Positions 17,392 through 30,359 of a DNA stretch of 64,000 bases are shown one piece after another. This DNA is from Eledone cirrhosa (lineage: Eukaryota). The stretch spans positions 58,466,001 through 58,530,000 of the forward strand of contig OZ024744.1 of NCBI GenBank assembly GCA_964016885.1. The letters run 5' to 3'. The notes under the pieces are model-generated. The model made no database searches. It was not told where the DNA came from and saw only the letters and a program-made list of their open reading frames with translations. The first letter of the stretch is position 1. Every line of letters starts with the position of its first letter. Position numbers and translations under genes: made by a program.

Positions 17392-17415
17392 TCACAGATA
17401 TACGTACATACATAT

Positions 17416-17745
17416 ATGATGGCTGCAACTCGATTTCGAGTAATTCCATCGCTTGATACGGAAACATGAGCATCATGGACGTAGCTTTTTAGTCTTGTTA
17501 GGGACTTGCCTATGGACAACAATGCTATGCATCGCTAAAATATGTCACATATCAAGCGATGCCTGTGCTTGAAGCTTTTTTAAGTAGGGAAAGGCTTTCA
17601 CAGAGCCAATCTCACTCTCAACATTGAATGAATTTACCCCAAAAGTAGAACTGGTCTACATCATTGGATGCAAACGAAGTCACAGGTTTTATATCAGAGT
17701 GACTCTCTCCTCGAGAACCGTTTTAATGAAGACTTTTCGCTCCAT
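17416..17745 (-). mobile_element. Diverged relative of the N1/N2 non-coding elements
   Basis: ATGATGGCTGCAACTCG...TCGAGTA end and CCAATCTCACTCTC motif shared. Confidence 0.6.
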
Positions 17746-17767
17746 AAAAAAATACACACATACATAC

Positions 17768-18300
17768 ATGATGGCTGCCCCCTTGTTATCGAGAATGGCG
17801 ATTGCACGATATACCATTATTAATAATTATTAATTAATTCTATCGTGCAATGCCTGTGTGTGAAGATATTTTTTAAAGTGACAAAAGACTGTGCACTGAG
17901 CCAAACCCACTCTCTGAGCGACAGTAACTATAACCCGAAAAGAAGAAGAGATCAACATCATCGGTAACTACTGAGCCGCAGGTTTTCCCAGTTATCCCAG
18001 TTTCTTGAGTTGCCTAATCCTAGAAGGATGCCCTGACAAAGGCTAGGGGTCCTTCACTCCCAGTGGTTTAACCGCGCGGTACATGTGTATATACATATTT
18101 ACACACTTTCGGATGGTCGTTGACTCTTATGAGTTCTTCCGCCCTTTGTCAGGTTTTGTTTTTTGTCCTGCAGAGTGTCCAAAATCACCCTCCCCTCCAA
18201 GAGAACTTGGTGGGGTTGCCGGTTTAGTCGGCGACGACCTGACCATGCGACAGGTTGTACTGGGTTACAGGTTACCAGTAGCACTCAAGAGTGACCCGAC
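17768..18300 (-). mobile_element. Non-coding (TATG)-tailed element family N2, full length
   Basis: Matches 61976-62703 and 19618-19886; CATA repeats on both flanks. Confidence 0.8.
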
Positions 18301-18309
18301 ATACATACA

Positions 18310-18855
18310 TGGTGGCTGCCAACTCGTTTTCGAGTACGGCCACTACTTTATATCCATGTAGGAGAAACCCTACCAATGCGCTGAACAAGTGTGACTTTTT
18401 AGTCCAGCCAGCAACTTGAAAACTCTGGTACAAACACTACACTTGTGACAATTATTGACACATAGTGCTGGGCCCATGGTACCATGTGACGACAAGTGCA
18501 GAGAGATCTCCAGATATAAAGCAATGTCTGTGCCGTGAAGCTTTTATAGTGAGCAAAGGCACTGCACAAAGCCAGTCCCACTCTCTTAACCAAGATGATA
18601 TTTACCAAAAAGAAGAACAAGTCAACATCATTGGATACCATCAGGGTTGCAGGTGTTATATCAGAGTTTTCCTTCTCCTAGAATTCTGCCTCGACAAAGG
18701 CTAAGGGGTCATCTCTCCCGGTGATTTTGGATGGCCATTGACTCTTAAGAGCTCCTTTGGCCTTTGACAGGTTTTGTTTTTAGTCCTGCAGGATGTCCAA
18801 AGTCACCCTCCTCACCAAGAAACCGGGTCGTTGGCGACTAAACTGGCAACCCCAC
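18310..18855 (-). mobile_element. Family N1 copy with short 5' inversion
   Basis: N1 sequence; 18825-18854 is the reverse complement of the segment expected there. Confidence 0.8.
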
Positions 18856-18917
18856 ATACATACATACATACATACATACATACATACATACATACATACA
18901 TACATACATACATACAT

Positions 18918-19604
18918 ACAAAAGAGGAGGGCCAGCAGCTGACAATAAATGTAGGCTATGTAAAACAAAGATCGAAGATGTAAGCCACATTGTTGCTAGC
19001 TGCGAAAGAATGTCATCTCGCTACTACCTCACTATGAGACACGATGGGATAGCTAGAACCATCTGGAACGCACTTCGGAAAACAAAATTAACAACAAACG
19101 AGGAAGAATATATTGAGACAGATGGCACTAAGGAATACTGGTGGAACCTGAAAATAAAAACTGCCACCAAATTAAAGCACAACCGGCCTGATATTGTTGT
19201 TTGGGACCACACATTGAAAACGTGTTCTGTTGTGGAGATCAGCTGCCCACTTGATGTAAACGTTGTCAGAAAAATACAGGAGAAGGAGGACATCTACGGA
19301 CCATTGATGAGGAGTTTACAAATCCAGTATCCAAGATACACCTTTAGCTTCATACCCATCATTATTGGTGCTACGGGTTATATACCAACCCGCTTGGATC
19401 AAAGTATGACTGAACTTGGATTTGCGGACAAAAAGCGCAGCTCCCTAATTCATAGTCTACAAATGGCTGCGATAGCTGGCACCTTCAAAATTTGCAAAAC
19501 ATTCTTGCGATTCAAGGGATGACAATTTCTTTTCTTTTACAACCTTGCCACCAGGAAGGTGGCCGGTCAAACAAAATATACTCGAAATTAAGAGAAAGAG
19601 AAAA
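18918..19604 (+). mobile_element. 5'-truncated R4/Dong-type retrotransposon family A (RLE endonuclease end)
   Basis: RHD...NRPDIVV...VEISCP...KEDIY motifs; near-identical to 22381-23052; (CATA)n flanks. Confidence 0.9.
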
Positions 19605-19617
19605 CATACATACATAC

Positions 19618-19886
19618 ATGCGGCTGCCCCTCGTTATCGAGTATGGCCATTGCACGATATACCATTATTGATAATTATTAATTAATTCTATCGTGCAATA
19701 CCTGTGCGTGAAGATATTTTTTAAAGTGAGGAAAGACTGTGCACTGAGCCAATCCCACTCTCTGAGCGACAGTAGCTATAACCCGAAAAGAAGAAAAGAT
19801 CAACATCATCGGTAATTACTGAGCCGCAGGTTTTATATCGGTGTTATCCCAATTTCCTGAGTTGCCTTCACCTAGAAGAATGCCCT
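19618..19886 (-). mobile_element. Family N2, 3' part only
   Basis: Matches 17768-18035. Confidence 0.8.
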
Positions 19887-19920
19887 TACATACACACATA
19901 CATACATACATACATACATA

Positions 19921-22900
19921 CAACGAGGCTGAAATTCATGACTCTACTGTACAAACAGAACACCAAAAACTTGTGGACACCTTACAAGTGATATGGGACG
20001 ATATGTTTCAAGAGATACACAGCCTTAATATGAGTGACAGACCATACAACACCAGAATCAGTAAAGAACCCACTAAATTGTAATTGGAAGCGGTGAACGA
20101 AATAGCTGACAACTATCTGAAGGTTATACGATCTAAAAGTGTAGAAACGACATTTGAAATGCTTAACATTTTGTCATATGTTTCAGCTGTCACATTGCTA
20201 ACATATAAAAAAACATCTAAAACCACGCAATCAAGATACAAACAAAAAGCCTGAACCAGCATGGATGCGAAATTTAAAAAGCAAAATTTTGTCCATGAGA
20301 CGAAGTATCTCACACATCGCAGTCGTTATGAAATGCAACATAGAGAGCAACTTCACACGACACCAGGAAGACCTAAAAAAAAAAAATTAGAGAGACGATT
20401 TGGAGATACAAAATTTAAAACTTTAAACTCCAAATTACACCAGTTGAAATAACAACTCACAGCTACAACAGAAAGACTAAAATATAAGTCAACAGCATAT
20501 AAACAACAAGTGCTAAATAGATTGTTTGCCAGAGATCCTAAATCAGTTTATCGCAGCTTCGGTGGCAAAAGCTCAATCTCTGTAAATGACACCCATTCAA
20601 AAGAACAGGTTGAGAGCTACTGGAGATCTGTATGGGAAACGGATGACAGATTCAACAGACAAACTAAATGGTTAAAAGAACTGGAACAGGACTACTGCTA
20701 ACATGTCCAGACAAAACAATATGACATAGATGGGTCAATACTGGAAACAGCTCTACAGAAAATGTCGAATAGGAAATCACCAGGCCCAAACCTCATTACA
20801 GGATACTGGTTGAAGAATTTCACTTTCTATCGGCAAGATCTCATACGGCTGTTTACAGAAACCATTAAAGGCACACAAGAACTGCCCAGATGGTTATCAA
20901 CTGCCACTACTCTCCTCATTCCCCAAAATAGCCAAACCACCCTTGCTAAAAATTACCGCCCAATAGCCTGCCAAAACATCATGTATAAATTATATACTTA
21001 CAGGATCACTGTGCTACCAACAACATCATAACATCTAAGCAAGCTGGTGGAAAGAGGGGTGTGTGGGGTTGCATAGATCACCTACTAACTAATAAAATGA
21101 TTCAAGGAAAAACAACAAAGAATCGCAGAAACATGATTGTGGTGTGGCTGGACTATCAAAAAGCATTTGATAGTGTACCTCATGGGTGGATTGTTAAGGC
21201 TTTACAGTTAGCCAAAGTTCCACAACCACTGGTAGCTGCTGTTGAACGTCTGACCAAGAACTGGTACACCAATTTGATACTTAGAGGTGAGAAGGAGCAA
21301 GTTCAGACTGATAAGATACATTACCAGAAGGGCATCTTTCAGGGTGATAGCTTGTCAGTGCTACTCTTCGTTCCCTCACTAAATCCACTATCTTACCTAC
21401 TCAGGAAACAAGGTGGACAAAGAAGTGGGTCCAGAAGTATCTCCCATCTTTTCTTTGTTGATGACCTGAAGTTGTATGGGCCAAATATCAATGACATCAA
21501 GAAACAATTGGGGGACCTCATTACACAATTTTCAACAGAGATCAAAATGAAATTTGGTGAGTCCAAGTGTGCATATTTGGCAGTAAAACGTGGAAGAGTT
21601 GTGCCCTCTAGAAATCTAGAGTTGAACTGCCTGACAATACAACCTCTACAGTCAGGTGACAACTACAGATATCTTGGACAGGATGAGTATGTCAGATATG
21701 ATGGACCCATAAATAAGGAGAGAACCAGAACTGAATACCTCAGAAGAGTAAAGAAAATATGGTCATCAGAACTGTCAGCGTACAACAAATACATTGCCCA
21801 CAATACTTATGCTGTGCCAATTCTAACGCCAACATTTGGCCTGCTGAACTGGTCATTGCAAGAACTAAGTGAGATGGATGTTAGAACTCGCAAACTTCTC
21901 AGTGTTACTGGGAACTTTAACATCAATGGTGATGTGGATAGGCTATACTTCTCACGCAAGGAAGGTGGCCGGGGTCTAAAATCCATATTAACATCGTATG
22001 AGACCCGGATAGTAACACTGAAGCAACATCTTCAACAGAGGAAAAAGGTTGGCAACCATCTTGCCCAGGTTTATGAGCATGAAAAAAAAATATCATTAGG
22101 ATAACCACTGATCTGGAGGAGAGATATGAAATAAAGCCTGATATAAATCTCTCACCCAGAGATATCGGAAGATCCTATTCAATGTTCAAATAAGATGAAA
22201 AAATTGACCAATTTACAGAAAAAGTTGTGCATGGATACTTGAGACGTAAAACACAGACCATAGAGGGGATAAACCACTCAAAAAGCCTGGCATGGAGTTC
22301 CGACAAGTTTATGACATCACACCTTGAGAGATATCTCTATGCAATACAGGAACAAGAACTCCCTACCAAATATCTGCTGCACAAAAGAGGAGGGCCATCA
22401 GCTGACAATAAATGTAGGCTATGTAAAACAAAATCGAGGATGTAAGCCACATTGTTGCCAGCTGCGAAAGAATGTCATCTCGCTACTACCTTCCCATGAG
22501 ACACGATGGGATAGCTAGAACCATCTGGAACGCACTTCGGAAAACAAAATTAACAACAAACGAGGATAATATATTGAGACAGATGGCACTAAGGAATACT
22601 GGTGGAACCTGAAAATAAAAACTGCCACCAAATTAAAGCACAACCGGCCTGATATTGTTGTTTGGGACCACACATTGAAAACGTGTTCTGTTGTGGAGAT
22701 CAGTTGCCCACTTGATGTAAACGTTGTCAGAAAAATACAGAAGGAGGACATCTACGGACCATTGATGAGGAGTTTACAAATCCAGTATCCAAGATACACC
22801 TTTAGCTTCATACCCATCATTATTGGAGTTACACCAACCCGCTTGGACCAAAGTATGACTGAACTTGGATTTGCGGACAAAGAGCGCAGCTCCCTTATTC

Positions 22901-23052
22901 ATAGTCTACAAATGGCTGCGATAGCTGGCACCTTCAAAATTTGCAAAATATTCTTGCGATTCAAGGGATGACAATTTCTTTTCTTTTACAACCTTGCCAC
23001 CAGGAAGGTGGCCGGTCAAAAAAAATATACTCGAAATTAAGAGAAAGAGATA
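19921..23052 (+). mobile_element. R4/Dong-clade non-LTR retrotransposon family A, 5' truncated, frameshifted
   Basis: RT motifs NYRPIAC, WLDYQKAFDSVPH, GIFQGDSLS, FFVDDLKLY; CRLC zinc knuckle; RLE RPD/E/K motifs; embedded in (CATA)n. Confidence 0.92.
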
Positions 23053-23143
23053 ACATACATACATACATACACACATACATACATACATACATACATACAT
23101 ACATACATACATACATACATACATACATACATACATACATACA

Positions 23144-23720
23144 TGGTGGCTGCCAACTCGTTTTCGAGTACGGCCACTACTTTATATCCATGTAGGAGAA
23201 CCCCTACCGATGCGCTGAACGAGTGTGACGTTTTAGTCCAGCCAGCGACTTGAAAACTCTGGTACAAACACTACACTTGTGACAATTATTGACACATAGT
23301 GCTGGGCCCATGGTACCATGTGACGACAAGTGCAGAGAGATCTCCAGATATAAAGCAATGCCTGTGCCGTGAAGCTTTTATAGTGAGCAAAGGCACTGCA
23401 CAAAGCCAGTCCCACTCTCTTAACCAAGATGATATTTACCAAAAAGAAGAACAAGTCAACATCATTGGATACCATCAGGGTTGCAGGTGTTATATCAGAG
23501 TTTTCCTTCTCCTAGAATTCTGCCTTGACAAAGGCTAAGGGGTCATCTCTCCCTTTGATTTTGGATGGCCATTGATTCTTAAGAGCTCCTTTGCCCTTTG
23601 ACAGGTTTTGTTTTTAGTCCTGCAGGATGTCCAAAGTCACCCTCCTCACCAAGAAACCTTGGTGGGGTTGCCAGTTTAGTCGCCAACGTCCCGACTATGA
23701 GACAGGTTGTACTGGGATAC
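23144..23720 (-). mobile_element. Family N1 copy
   Basis: Sequence identity to other N1 copies; (CATA)n flanks. Confidence 0.85.
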
Positions 23721-24206
23721 ATACATACATACATACATACATACATACATACATACATACATACATACATACATACATACATACATACATACATACATAC
23801 ATGTTCTGTCGTCGATTTCGATGATGAGCATCCAGTTATTAGATCAACTGAATGCCCAATTCAGATACGTGTAACTTTAGCATAATTACTAAGCCGAATT
23901 CATGTAACATAATATGACGCAACAAGCCTGGACCTTTCAATCATAAATACCGTTCAGGGAAATTGCTTCTTCAAAACAGTTTCCGTCTAACCAATATCAT
24001 TCAAAAGGTTTGTGTTAGGTCGACCTGAGACTGTGGCATAGCAAAAACAAATACTTGCTCAAAATGTAATTTTGTGTAATGGAGCCCTCATGATTTACAC
24101 ATGAACATTTTAACTATTAAGCCATGCATACTTATTATACGTAGGACAACAGGGGAACAGTTTCAACAAACTTTGAGCGGCACTGATTCAGCTGCACCAT
24201 TTTCAC

Positions 24207-24504
24207 CAGTGGTCTCCAACCTTTTTTATACAACAGACCGGCTTCATGCCGGACAATCTTTCCGCGGACCGGTAGTGTCACATATGTTATTTAAGTGCAT
24301 TTCGATAAAGAGAGCAATAATAAAAAGAGCAATTTATTAAAGTAGATGAATATTGAATATTTAAACAAATCTTTTTAAAATTAAAGTCCAATATTCTATT
24401 TATCTATTATATAATTTTAAACAAGTTAATTATTTCTTTGCGGCTCGGTAGCAAATGATCTACGGATTGGTACCAGTCTGTGGCCCGGTGGTTGGGGACC
24501 TCTG
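24207..24504. mobile_element. hAT-type MITE
   Basis: TIRs CAGTGGTCTCCAACC / GGTTGGGGACCTCTG; imperfect 8-bp TSD ATTTTCAC / ATTTACAT. Confidence 0.75.
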
Positions 24505-25098
24505 ATTTACATCATGGAAAATATGGCACTGGGAACATAAAAACACGGACTCTCCCATTCTATTGACGTCATAAACATAAGATATTTTGCTAAACCCTTT
24601 CCTAAAACTATGCCTATTGAAATACACTCTATTACAATTAACGAATGAAGAATTTTGAGAGATTTACTGAAATTATTAATGATTTCATTGCTCACAGAGT
24701 AACTTAACATATGGTTCATATATAAAATTATGTAGCAAGATTTTAATTTAAATAGGAACCAGCCCAAAACATGGTGGCTTTGTTTCATAGAACCAGACCT
24801 GGTTTTTGTGGGTAGGGTGGTATCAAAAGATCTAATGGTTAATCCAGGCTTAGTCGTATTATATTATTATGTTTATCAATATGACGTTCATACAGGAGAT
24901 CTACATCCGTACGCACACACATATATATATATACAATATTAATATTAACATGTGTGTGTGTGTGTGTGTGTGTTAAATAAAACTGAAAAAGTGAAAGAGT
25001 GAAAGAGAAACAAATAAAACACACACACATATATATATGTATATATACATACATATATATACATAGAAACGTACATACATACATATATACACGCACCC

Positions 25099-25221
<123 letters not shown>

Positions 25222-25269
25222 CTGAGAATTGTTTCATTCATGTGCTTACCTCCGATTGAACCCGGATTA

Positions 25270-25314
<45 letters not shown>

Positions 25315-25322
<8 letters not shown>

Positions 25323-25687
25323 CAGAACATTAATAAATGAAGACATTCACATAATCAAAATATATGTTTTATTATATATATTTCGAAGGTACTGTGTTCT
25401 TTTTTCAGTACGTCCTATTGACAGTCAATACTGGAATTGAACTATCAAGACCGCTGAGGTATGTCATACATCAATTCATGTATTTTATCTGACGAGGACG
25501 TACTGAAAAAACAGCTCAGTACCTTCGAAATATATATAATAAAACATATATTTTGATTATGTGAATGTCTTCATTTATTAATGTTCTGAATAATATTAAG
25601 AACTCCAGAAAACTTCATTGTAGAGTGCTTTTAATCTATTGTAAAACTATATTCATTGAGTAATCAATGAACCATATTAATCTTTGG

Positions 25688-25690
<3 letters not shown>
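25315..25690 (+). mobile_element. Hammerhead-bearing short element with inverted duplication (Penelope pLTR/retrozyme-like) in (TA)n
   Basis: ~100-bp inverted arms 25315-25416 / 25495-25596; (TA)n both sides; related copy at 48940-49133. Confidence 0.65.
25483..25544 (+). ncRNA. Type I hammerhead ribozyme motif
   Basis: TTTTAT-CTGACGA-stem II GTACTG/CAGTAC-GAAA-TATATA-TA-ATAAAA. Confidence 0.7.
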
Positions 25691-25735
<45 letters not shown>

Positions 25736-25997
25736 GGGGCAGAGAGAGAGAGAGAATAGAAAACGAAAAATCAGTTTTCTATTCTATCATACTCTGCTCT
25801 GTAAGAGCATAGAGTACTCAACTGGCATACCGCCTATGGAAGCATCTTAGCTACCATCAGACACACACGGACATATATATATATATGTATGTCTACCTAC
25901 CTACCTACCTACCTACCTACATACATACATACATACATACATACATACATACATACATACATACATACATACATACATACATACTTACATACACGCA

Positions 25998-26045
<48 letters not shown>

Positions 26046-26069
26046 TGCAGATATACATATATACGTACA

Positions 26070-26101
<32 letters not shown>

Positions 26102-26129
26102 CATACATACATACATACATACACGCACC

Positions 26130-26170
<41 letters not shown>

Positions 26171-26483
26171 GCCTGCAGATATACATATATACGTACGTAC
26201 ATACATACATACATACATACATACATACATACATACATACATACATACATACATACATACATACATACATACATACATACATACTTTTTGTTATTGTTTA
26301 TGAAACGACTTTACAATAGAATAAGTAAATAAATAAGTAAACAAACAAATAAATAAATAAATAAATGAACCCGTCCAAAATGACTCATGTGAGATGTTTT
26401 GATAGATTGAAAGAAGCTTTCTCGTCATTATACTTAGTAGCCTGTCAACACAGAGGATTTTTCTATTAATAAAGATCTCTCCA

Positions 26484-27415
<932 letters not shown>

Positions 27416-27602
27416 GATATATTTATGTAAATATATGTATCACTTATATATATGTATATATTTTTGTGTGTATGTATGTGAGTGTGCGTGTGTGTGTGTG
27501 CATTTATATACCATACATAGACGCACAATTTCTTATCCTCGCTCTCTCTCTCTCAGTCTCTCTCTCTCTATTGTATAGGACGGTGTATATATATCTATAG
27601 AG

Positions 27603-27653
<51 letters not shown>

Positions 27654-27887
27654 GAGAGATAGAGAGATTTATTTGCCACAAGGGCGTACAAAAATGGGCC
27701 ATTACAAGACGTGATGGCGGGGCTTTTACATACAAATCTTTAACAATGACAAATAGATAGATAGACAGACAGAGGGACAGACAAATAGACCGATAGATAA
27801 ATCGATAGATAGATAGATAGATAGACAGATAAATCGATAATTAGGCAGACAGGCAGACAGACAGACATTCATATATATATATAGATA

Positions 27888-28326
27888 TGTTTCTTTATTA
27901 ACCACAGGGACACACAAGAAGGGGACAAATACAAAGGGGGAAGTTTACATACAATAAAAACGTGTAAAATACTATCACAAATGCAATTTAAAAATTAATT
28001 GATTTTCCCCAATAGGGGGATACATTACATATGGGTAACACATACCCCCGAAATAATGTGCAACCCTCATCTCCAGGAGTAGGAAGAGTTTGTGCTCCTT
28101 TCCTCTCCTCCTCCTTTTCCTCAACCTACAGGCTGATATAGAGAGAAGGCCCATTCTCGCCACTTTCACCCACCTTTCATAAAACTTGCTGGGGTACAGC
28201 ACCTCTCCCTCCATCCTGATTCTTCTTCCAAAGTGGTATTTGAAAAAAAGAATCAGTTGTTGGCCGGAGAGAAAGGTGTCTGACCTCAACCCTTTCAACC
28301 TTGTCCACCATACAACCTCTTTCGCC

Positions 28327-28327
<1 letters not shown>
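27888..28327 (-). mobile_element. 3' end of an L1/Tx1-like LINE in (GATA)n repeats
   Basis: AKEVVWWTR...KFYERW resembles the L1/Tx1 ORF2 C-terminus; AATAAA near the end; GATA repeats on both sides. Confidence 0.55.
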
Positions 28328-28357
<30 letters not shown>

Positions 28358-28500
28358 GATAAATAGATAGATGGATAGATTGATAGATAGATAGATAGAC
28401 AGATAGACAGACAGACAGGCAGATAGACAGACAGACAGACAGACAGATAGATAGTTAGTTACACAGACAGACAGACAGACATATAGACAGATAGACAGAC

Positions 28501-28547
<47 letters not shown>

Positions 28548-28942
28548 TAGACAGACAGACAGACAGGCAGATAGACAGATAGACAGACAGATAGATAGAA
28601 GTTAATAAAGTTGAAAATAGGCGGATGTATAGCCGAGTGTTAGTAATAATTATTTCTACTTTTGGCACAAGGCCAGCAATTATCTCAGTGCATTACTGGT
28701 ACTTTATTTTATCGACCCATTGAGGATGAAAGGTAAAGTTAACAATAATGTATGTAATCGTGGTGAAGTTCGTAGCATCTCAATATTTTTTTACTATAGC
28801 CACGTGGCGATTGAAAGTGTAGACTGTAACTGTCGAGAAATTCCGTAGGTTAGATCTGTCACATTGTATCTTCCCAGGGAAGTATGGCTACAGATGTCTG
28901 CAGGATGCTTAAACTGCATAAACATTAATTCAAAGTGTAGGC

Positions 28943-29269
28943 CAGGGGTCCCCAACTCCCGGCCCGCAAAGGGTTTCAATCTGGCCCGCAAAGGCCTTTA
29001 TCCTGCCCGCCAGGGTTCTAAAAAGGGTACAGTTTGCAATAAATATGCACCCGATCTATCGATATTGCCGAATAAAACAATGTTTAAATGTATTTTTCTG
29101 CTTGGGACAGCTCTAAGTATCAATATTGAATTTTGTTTCAAATCTAACATAAGGGATAAATAAATGTTTACTTATTTGTATATAAGTAGTATTAACTGTG
29201 CATCTGGCCCGCGGAGCCACCGCCGCATGGCTATCTGGCCCGCGGACACAAAAGAATTGGGGACCCCTG
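28943..29269. mobile_element. hAT-type MITE
   Basis: TIRs CAGGGGTCCCCAA / TTGGGGACCCCTG; 8-bp TSD GTGTAGGC / GTGTAAGC; GGCCCGC subterminal motifs. Confidence 0.88.
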
Positions 29270-29532
29270 GTGTAAGCAGTTCAGTTTAACGAACAACTGA
29301 ATGCTCAATGTCGAAGAAAAAAGAAGGATCCATAATATCAGTATATTGGTGTGTATGTGTGTGTGTTTGTACGTATGTGTCTACGTATCTGAGTGTGTGT
29401 GTGTTACCATCAATATTTACATATACACGTCTTTTGCGTGTTTATCCTACTGTGTATACGAGATAACGTGATGTATATACACAAACTTACACGCACACAC
29501 ATACAAATGCACATACGCGCACACACACACGC

Positions 29533-29979
<447 letters not shown>

Positions 29980-29987
29980 TACATATA

Positions 29988-30077
<90 letters not shown>

Positions 30078-30284
30078 ATGTTTGTGCATGTGTCTGTATG
30101 TGTTAAAATAGAAGCAATTTAAAAGAGAAATTGATACAAAAATAGAAAAGTATATAAGTGACAGACAAATATAGAACTAATTAAATATTTCCTATAATTA
30201 TATTTAAAGAAGAAGAAGAAGAAGAAGAAGAAGAAGAAGAAGAAGAAGAAGAAGAAGAAGAAGAAGAAGAAGAAGAAGAAGAAG

Positions 30285-30353
<69 letters not shown>

Positions 30354-30354
<1 letters not shown>

Positions 30355-30359
30355 CTTAC
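30354..30359 (-). promoter_or_regulatory. 5' splice donor GTAAGT ending the giant exon
   Basis: Consensus GTAAGT exactly where complex protein sequence gives way to microsatellite. Confidence 0.8.

Noticed and set aside
30181-30359. C-terminal poly-L/C/S tail of the 4139-aa ORF
   Set aside because: Read-through past a consensus GTAAGT donor into intronic (TTG)n/(TTC)n.
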